Part shown: piece by piece, positions 24,831-29,884 of the stretch | How the letters are laid out: every line of letters starts with the position of its first letter | Position numbering within the stretch: the stretch's first letter is position 1 | Origin: a virus | Lineage: Duplodnaviria > Caudoviricetes | Reading direction: 5' to 3' (one strand) | Virus record (IMG/VR): IMGVR_UViG_3300048831_000020 | Location: 1-29,884 of that record | Length of the DNA stretch: 29,884 nt | Position numbers and translations under genes: made by a program | The notes under the pieces: model-generated | What the model was told of the DNA's origin: nothing | What the model saw: only the letters and a program-made list of their open reading frames with translations | Database searches by the model: none

Positions 24831-25433
24831 ATGGGCAAGTACGGTCCAGACATCGGCCCCAACATCGGCAACGCATCGCGGATGCCGAGTGCCAACGGTG
24901 CGCACAACTTCCAGCGCACCTACTTCAAGAGCACCTCGACCAGTGGCGACGTGCGTGCCCACTACGAGGACCTCTACTTCAACTCCACCGGGGGTGGCGA
25001 GACCATCCGCGTGCGCGGCATCGCCAACACCGCATCGTCGGCCACTGGGGCCACGATCAACGCCATCCACGCCACCGGCAGGGTGGCAGCCGGCAAGACC
25101 GTCTCCGGCGCCCTGAACGCCATCCGTGCGACGCTCGAGGTCGCGGGTACCACCCCGACCCCCGGCGGCACGCTGGCCGCGCTCCAGCTTGACAGCAACA
25201 TCTCAACAGGCTGGACGGCCGGGAACAACGACGCCTTCATCCGCGTCGGCAACACGGGGGCTGGCCTCGTCGGGAACCTGCTCAACATCACCGACGCAGC
25301 GGCCAGCCAGTCGGCGACGGCGCTGTTCACCAGCTTCAAGACGGCGACCCAAGTCGGTAAGTTCGGCATCAAGATCAGGGTCAACGGTGCGGACCGCTGG
25401 ATTCTCTGCACCGACACGGCGCCGACTGCCTGA
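24831..25433 (+). CDS. Probable capsid decoration/head fibre protein
   Basis: Follows the capsid gene; Gly/Ala/Thr-rich beta pattern ending IKIRVNGADRWI. Confidence 0.6.
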   Translation: MGKYGPDIGPNIGNASRMPSANGAHNFQRTYFKSTSTSGDVRAHYEDLYFNSTGGGETIRVRGIANTASSATGATINAIHATGRVAAGKTVSGALNAIRATLEVAGTTPTPGGTLAALQLDSNISTGWTAGNNDAFIRVGNTGAGLVGNLLNITDAAASQSATALFTSFKTATQVGKFGIKIRVNGADRWILCTDTAPTA

Positions 25434-25867
25434 TGGCCTGCGAACGGTGCGGGCGGTGTTGTCATGACTTCGGGATGTTGGTCGCCGATGACGACGACAT
25501 CGCCCGCCTGTTCACCTATCACGGCTTCGAGGCTCTCGACGCCCCGGAGGGTATCTACGTCAAGGGGTCGAACCCCTGTGAACATCTGCGCATGGACGAC
25601 GGTCAGGCGACGTGCCTCATCTATGGTGAGCGCCCGGGAATCTGCCGCAAGTTCCTCTGCGAGAAAGCGAGAAAGGGCATGCCCCTGACCATCGAACAGT
25701 TGATGGAACGCCGCGAAGACCTGGTCGCCCAGATGCGCACCCGTCTTGCTGAAGCAGACCAGGCGAAGGCTGACGCGCACGCCATCGAGGGAGCCATCCA
25801 GCAGATCGACTGGAGCATCAGCAAGATCGAAGAGTCTTCTGATTCCAACGAGGAGACGACGGGATGA
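25433..25867 (+). CDS. YkgJ-like CxxCxxCC cysteine-cluster protein with C-terminal coiled coil
   Basis: CERCGRCC ... CEHL ... CLIYGERPGICRKF. Confidence 0.85.
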   Translation: MACERCGRCCHDFGMLVADDDDIARLFTYHGFEALDAPEGIYVKGSNPCEHLRMDDGQATCLIYGERPGICRKFLCEKARKGMPLTIEQLMERREDLVAQMRTRLAEADQAKADAHAIEGAIQQIDWSISKIEESSDSNEETTG

Positions 25868-26442
25868 AAAGCCTGGTGGCCTCCCCCCATGCGGAGTTCA
25901 AGGATTACTCCTTCTCCCGCTGGGCGGAGGCCACCGCTTCGTATGACCGCCTGCTTTCCTTCTTCATCGCCGACTCGCTGTACGCCCGCAAGGTACAGGC
26001 GATGGGCATACAGGCCGTCTTCTACGACAGCGTGCCGGAAAGCGGGAGAAAGGGCCGGAACGCCATCTACGGCCCGATGTACAACGTGGCGTGGCGGACC
26101 ATCGTCGAGAACGCCGGAGACTACACGCACATCCTCTCCCTTGATACGGACGTCATCCCGAGTGGTGACATCCTCTCGGCGATGGAGGCTGAATACGACG
26201 GCGGCTTCCTCCGCCACGGGGTGCCCTGGCGATCCTGCTACCGCAGGCCGGGGCTCTATACCTACGAGAACTCCTGCACCTTCGCCGCCGTAGAGGACTG
26301 GGCAGCGGCACTCGACAAGGCAGACTCCCTCGGCCCGCGCTGCACGCTGTACGAGGTCGTCGGCCACCACGACTTCCTCCCGCACAAGGACGTGATGCTC
26401 ATGGACATCGAGCATCTGGACGACGGGATCGACGCACGATGA
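25864..26442 (+). CDS. Glycosyltransferase-like (GT-A fold) protein
   Basis: N..W..I...DYTHILSLDTDV (DxD after a hydrophobic strand); C-terminal IEH. Confidence 0.6.
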   Translation: MKSLVASPHAEFKDYSFSRWAEATASYDRLLSFFIADSLYARKVQAMGIQAVFYDSVPESGRKGRNAIYGPMYNVAWRTIVENAGDYTHILSLDTDVIPSGDILSAMEAEYDGGFLRHGVPWRSCYRRPGLYTYENSCTFAAVEDWAAALDKADSLGPRCTLYEVVGHHDFLPHKDVMLMDIEHLDDGIDAR

Positions 26443-26490
26443 GACACGGTGAACGGTTGAACCAAACCACACGAAACCTGGAGGTCATCC

Positions 26491-27195
26491 ATGGCGCTTC
26501 GCATCAGTACACCGACCGTAGATGACGAGAAAGTCCTCTTCACCGGGACTCTCGCCATCAGCGGCATCCTCTACCTCCGCTGCGACTGTGACATGCACAG
26601 TCCAGCGACCAGCGCCGTGGACTGGCGCGTCAAGGCCGACAAGGCATCCACGATGCTCTTCTACAAGTCGCGCGTCAACGCCACCTCCGGTACCCTCGTC
26701 CTCACGGACGCCACCGCCGTCGATGACGGCGACACCTTCGTCCTCAACGGCCTCACCTTCACCGCCGAAGCGACCGAAGGTGATGCCACCGCGGCGACCC
26801 GCAAGTACTGGATGGGGGCGAACAACGGCATCGCCGCCGTCAACCTGACGGCTCTGCTCAACGACCCCGTCTACGGCGTCCCTGGGGTGACCTTCAGCGT
26901 GGTCGCCGGTTCCGGCATCGACACGATCACCGCGCAGGCAACCACGGCTCCCTACCTCCAGTTCGGGCAGGGCACCTCCGCCGCGAACGAGGTCGCGTGG
27001 ACCGACACGACGCTCACCAATCTCGCCCGTGATGCGGCAGTGACACAGGTCACCGGAGCGGCGACGACCGGCCTCGGCACCATCTACCGCCAGATGGCTG
27101 ACGGCTACCCCTACTGCTACCTCGGCTACACCAGCACGGACGGCGCCGCCACGACCGCTCTCACAGTCGGATCGTCCACCCACCTGTCCCTCTAA
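26491..27195 (+). CDS. Virion structural protein (Thr/Ala-rich, beta-sandwich-like)
   Basis: RBS GGAGG; DGDTFVLNGLTFTA motif typical of tail/neck proteins. Confidence 0.6.
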   Translation: MALRISTPTVDDEKVLFTGTLAISGILYLRCDCDMHSPATSAVDWRVKADKASTMLFYKSRVNATSGTLVLTDATAVDDGDTFVLNGLTFTAEATEGDATAATRKYWMGANNGIAAVNLTALLNDPVYGVPGVTFSVVAGSGIDTITAQATTAPYLQFGQGTSAANEVAWTDTTLTNLARDAAVTQVTGAATTGLGTIYRQMADGYPYCYLGYTSTDGAATTALTVGSSTHLSL

Positions 27196-27869
27196 TGGAG
27201 AACTGCCCTCACTGCGGCAGAGCACTGGCCGGCGAAATCTGCATCCTCCACGGCTTCGTCGGCAAGAAGACGGACGAGGAGTTCGGCCGCGTCCCCATCG
27301 GGGGCATCATCATGTACTCCGGTTCGGCCACGCTTCTTCCCTCTGGGTGGAAGCTCTGTGACGGGACGTTCGGCACCCCCGACCTCAGAGACAAGTTCAT
27401 CCTCGGGGCCGGTAACAGTTACGCCGTAGGTGGTACTGGCGGCTCCAACGCCGCCCACTCCCACTCGCTCTCCGTCAGCGGCACCAGCGGGTCTGGTACC
27501 TCGCACTCGCATACCGTCACGCCAGCAGACCACGCCAGCGTCGACACGCAGACACAGACACTCTCGCACACCCATACGTATGGGTCAGTGACCAATGATG
27601 ACGGAGAAGCTGGGAATGCGTTCAACCCCGGCACCCAGACGCCAACAATCACTCGTGCCGCCGTTGCTCACACGCACTCCTTCTCTGGCACTACCGGGCA
27701 GGCTAGCTCGACCTCCCATGCTCACACGATAAACGCCTATTCGCACTCACAGGCGACTAGCTCCTCGGAGGCGTCACACACGCACACCACGGGCGGCACC
27801 GGCACCTCTGGCACCGCATCCTCAATGCCCGCCTACTATGCGCTGGCCTTCATAATGAGACTGACATGA
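27195..27869 (+). CDS. Short tail fibre with tail-collar domain and HxH needle
   Basis: VPIGGIIMYSG...PSGWKLCDG...PDLRDKFILGAG; repeated HSH/HTH; ends PAYYALAFIMR. Confidence 0.85.
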   Translation: MENCPHCGRALAGEICILHGFVGKKTDEEFGRVPIGGIIMYSGSATLLPSGWKLCDGTFGTPDLRDKFILGAGNSYAVGGTGGSNAAHSHSLSVSGTSGSGTSHSHTVTPADHASVDTQTQTLSHTHTYGSVTNDDGEAGNAFNPGTQTPTITRAAVAHTHSFSGTTGQASSTSHAHTINAYSHSQATSSSEASHTHTTGGTGTSGTASSMPAYYALAFIMRLT

Positions 27870-28270
27870 CGCCAGAAGAATCATCAGAAATCCTGAAGCT
27901 CGCCGGTGCAGTCGGCGCGATGAACGCCAGGCTCGACGCGATGGAAGACGCGCGCCGCGAGGGGCGGGCACTCATCCAGACGCGCCTCGACGACATGGAC
28001 GACTGCCGCAAGGAGGCCCGCGCCGCCGACCGGGCCTGGCGCGAGGCGGTGCGCGGCGACATCGACCAGATCAAAGGCTGCGTGACGGAGATGCCATGTC
28101 TCATGGACGCGAAGATACGGGCCTGCCGCGAGCAGCGCGAGGTCGTCACGCACGACGCCGTCGAGAACGCCATGCGCCATCACGTGCTCGAGGACGTGGC
28201 GACTGATTGGCGCACGTGGCTAGCGTTCGCGTTCGGCGTCGCCGGAATCCTGTACGGGATATTGAAGTGA
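27866..28270 (+). CDS. Holin-like candidate (coiled coil plus one C-terminal TM helix)
   Basis: WRTWLAFAFGVAGILYGILK at the C-terminus; upstream of the endolysin. Confidence 0.5.
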   Translation: MTPEESSEILKLAGAVGAMNARLDAMEDARREGRALIQTRLDDMDDCRKEARAADRAWREAVRGDIDQIKGCVTEMPCLMDAKIRACREQREVVTHDAVENAMRHHVLEDVATDWRTWLAFAFGVAGILYGILK

Positions 28271-28281
28271 AGGAGAACGCG

Positions 28282-28449
28282 ATGGAACCGAAGACCATCT
28301 ACGGCGACGGCGAGACGTTCGTGCGCGTCGACGACGAGTCCGTGACACTGACCGACGACGACGGCGCGGTCACCATCGTCCTGAGTCGCGCCGCGTTCCG
28401 CGAGGTCGTGATCGGCTGGGAACGGCTGCTGGACAGGGAGGGCGAGTAG
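28282..28449 (+). CDS. Small acidic hypothetical protein
   Basis: RBS AAGGAG, ATG at 28282; stop overlaps the endolysin GTG. Confidence 0.65.
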   Translation: MEPKTIYGDGETFVRVDDESVTLTDDDGAVTIVLSRAAFREVVIGWERLLDREGE

Positions 28450-29234
28450 TGGCCCGGTACCTCTCCTACGGCGACCGTGGCCCGCAGGTGAAGCGGCTCC
28501 AGCGGGCGCTGAACGACAACCCGTACTACAAGCCCAAGCCGCTGCTCAAGGTCGACGGCGAGATGAAGGTGCACACCTGCTCGGCGGTGCAGGACGCCAA
28601 GTTCCGCATCGGCTACCCGAAGGAGCATCTGGACCCGGACGCCCGCGACCAGATCGCGGGCGACCTCCTGCTCAGTCTGCTCGAGGGCCGCACCAAACTG
28701 CCGCCCGAGTACGTGCGCCGTCGCAAGGCACGGCTCGCCGCCGCGAAGAAGCGCAGCCGCATCCTGAGCAAGCAGACGCTCATGCGACGGCGTGCCCTGC
28801 GCATCATCAAGGGCGAGATCGGGACGATGGAGCGCGGTGGGAACACCAACCGTATTAAGTACAACGACTGGTGGGGCTGGGGTCCGGTCGCGTACTGCGT
28901 CATCGGCATCTCGTGGTCATGGGTGAAGGCTGGCTCTACGGCGTTCAAGAAGGGCTCCCGATGGGCCGGGACCGATGTGATGCTGGCCGACGCGAAGGCC
29001 GGCCGCAACGGGATCCACCTCACCAGCAGCCCGCGGGCGGGCTGTCCCGGCGTCATCGACTTCAACGGCAAGAGCGACCCGGACCACGCCATCACGTTCG
29101 TGAAGTGGGCGAACCGCGAGAAGACGCTCGTCGCAACCGCGGAGTTCAACACGACCAGCAGCGGCGGCGTCGCCGGCGTCTGGTACAAGACCCGGCCAGC
29201 CTGGCAGTGCTGGTGGTTCGAAATCGAGAGATAG
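28449..29234 (+). CDS. Endolysin: peptidoglycan-binding domain plus CHAP amidase/peptidase
   Basis: LSYGDRGPQVKRLQRALN...VDG; KYNDWWG...AYC (catalytic Cys) and PDH (His). Confidence 0.82.
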   Translation: MARYLSYGDRGPQVKRLQRALNDNPYYKPKPLLKVDGEMKVHTCSAVQDAKFRIGYPKEHLDPDARDQIAGDLLLSLLEGRTKLPPEYVRRRKARLAAAKKRSRILSKQTLMRRRALRIIKGEIGTMERGGNTNRIKYNDWWGWGPVAYCVIGISWSWVKAGSTAFKKGSRWAGTDVMLADAKAGRNGIHLTSSPRAGCPGVIDFNGKSDPDHAITFVKWANREKTLVATAEFNTTSSGGVAGVWYKTRPAWQCWWFEIER

Positions 29235-29243
29235 GAGGCCCTG

Positions 29244-29645
29244 ATGGCCAACGCAGTCTACCCCAAGGCGCTCAAGAAGTTCCTCGACGGCGACATCGAC
29301 CTGCTCACGAACGTGATCAAGGTGATGATCGTCGACACCAACGACGAGACCTACAACGCCGCCGACGAGTTCATGGCCGACATCACGGCGGCCGCGCGCG
29401 TCGGCGCCTCGGCGGCGCTCGACGGCAAGACCACGACCGGCGGCGTGTTCGACGCCAACGACGCGACCTGGGCGGCCGTCACCGGCGACCCCTCCGAGTG
29501 CGTCGTCGTGTACGTCGATACCGGGAACGTCGCCACCGACTCGCTCATCTGCTGGATCGACACCTGGGCCTCGGGCAACCCGTTCACGCCCAACGGCGGC
29601 GGCTTCACGATGCAGTGGAACGGCTCCGGAATCTTCAGTATCTGA
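29244..29645 (+). CDS. Conserved virion (tail-associated) protein
   Basis: RBS AGGAGG; IDLLTNVIKV...GVFDAND...PNGG...W motif. Confidence 0.7.
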   Translation: MANAVYPKALKKFLDGDIDLLTNVIKVMIVDTNDETYNAADEFMADITAAARVGASAALDGKTTTGGVFDANDATWAAVTGDPSECVVVYVDTGNVATDSLICWIDTWASGNPFTPNGGGFTMQWNGSGIFSI

Positions 29646-29655
29646 GAGGTGAGCA

Positions 29656-29884
29656 ATGGCCGACGGCCTCCTGATAGACGAAGGGACCGGCAAGACCGTC
29701 TCCACCGACGACTGCTCCACCGCCGGGCACGTCGCCCGCACCAAGCTCTGCTACTCAGCCGACGGCGACGCCACCCACATCACGGCCGACGCCAATGGCC
29801 TCGAGGTCCAGGGCGCCGGTACGGCCGGCAGCGCCGCGGGCGGCGTCGTCAGCGTGCAGGGCGTGGCCAGCGGCACCGTGCTCC
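29656..29884 (+). CDS. 5' part of a virion structural protein (truncated by the window end)
   Basis: RBS GAGGTG, ATG at 29656, open to the end (MADGLLIDEGTGKTVSTDD...). Confidence 0.65.
   Translation, partial: MADGLLIDEGTGKTVSTDDCSTAGHVARTKLCYSADGDATHITADANGLEVQGAGTAGSAAGGVVSVQGVASGTVL

Overview
High-GC tailed-phage (Caudoviricetes) genome segment, probably infecting an actinobacterium (inferred from GC, apparent leaderless genes and a PG-binding/CHAP endolysin). It has two divergent arms around a ~600-bp non-coding region (5241-5885). The leftward arm has small early/host-takeover genes, an HTH protein, an SSB, a Cas4-like exonuclease and tandem genes with Ala-rich tetrapeptide repeats. The rightward arm starts with a micro-gene operon of ribbon-helix-helix-like and Zn-ribbon proteins, followed by TerS, TerL, portal, a 2686-aa giant protein, a 568-aa repeat protein, scaffold, major capsid, a CxxCxxCC protein plus a glycosyltransferase-like gene, a short tail fibre, a holin candidate, an endolysin and further virion genes. 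No integrase, tRNA, CRISPR array or reverse transcriptase was seen. All family assignments come from reading motifs by eye, not from database searches.
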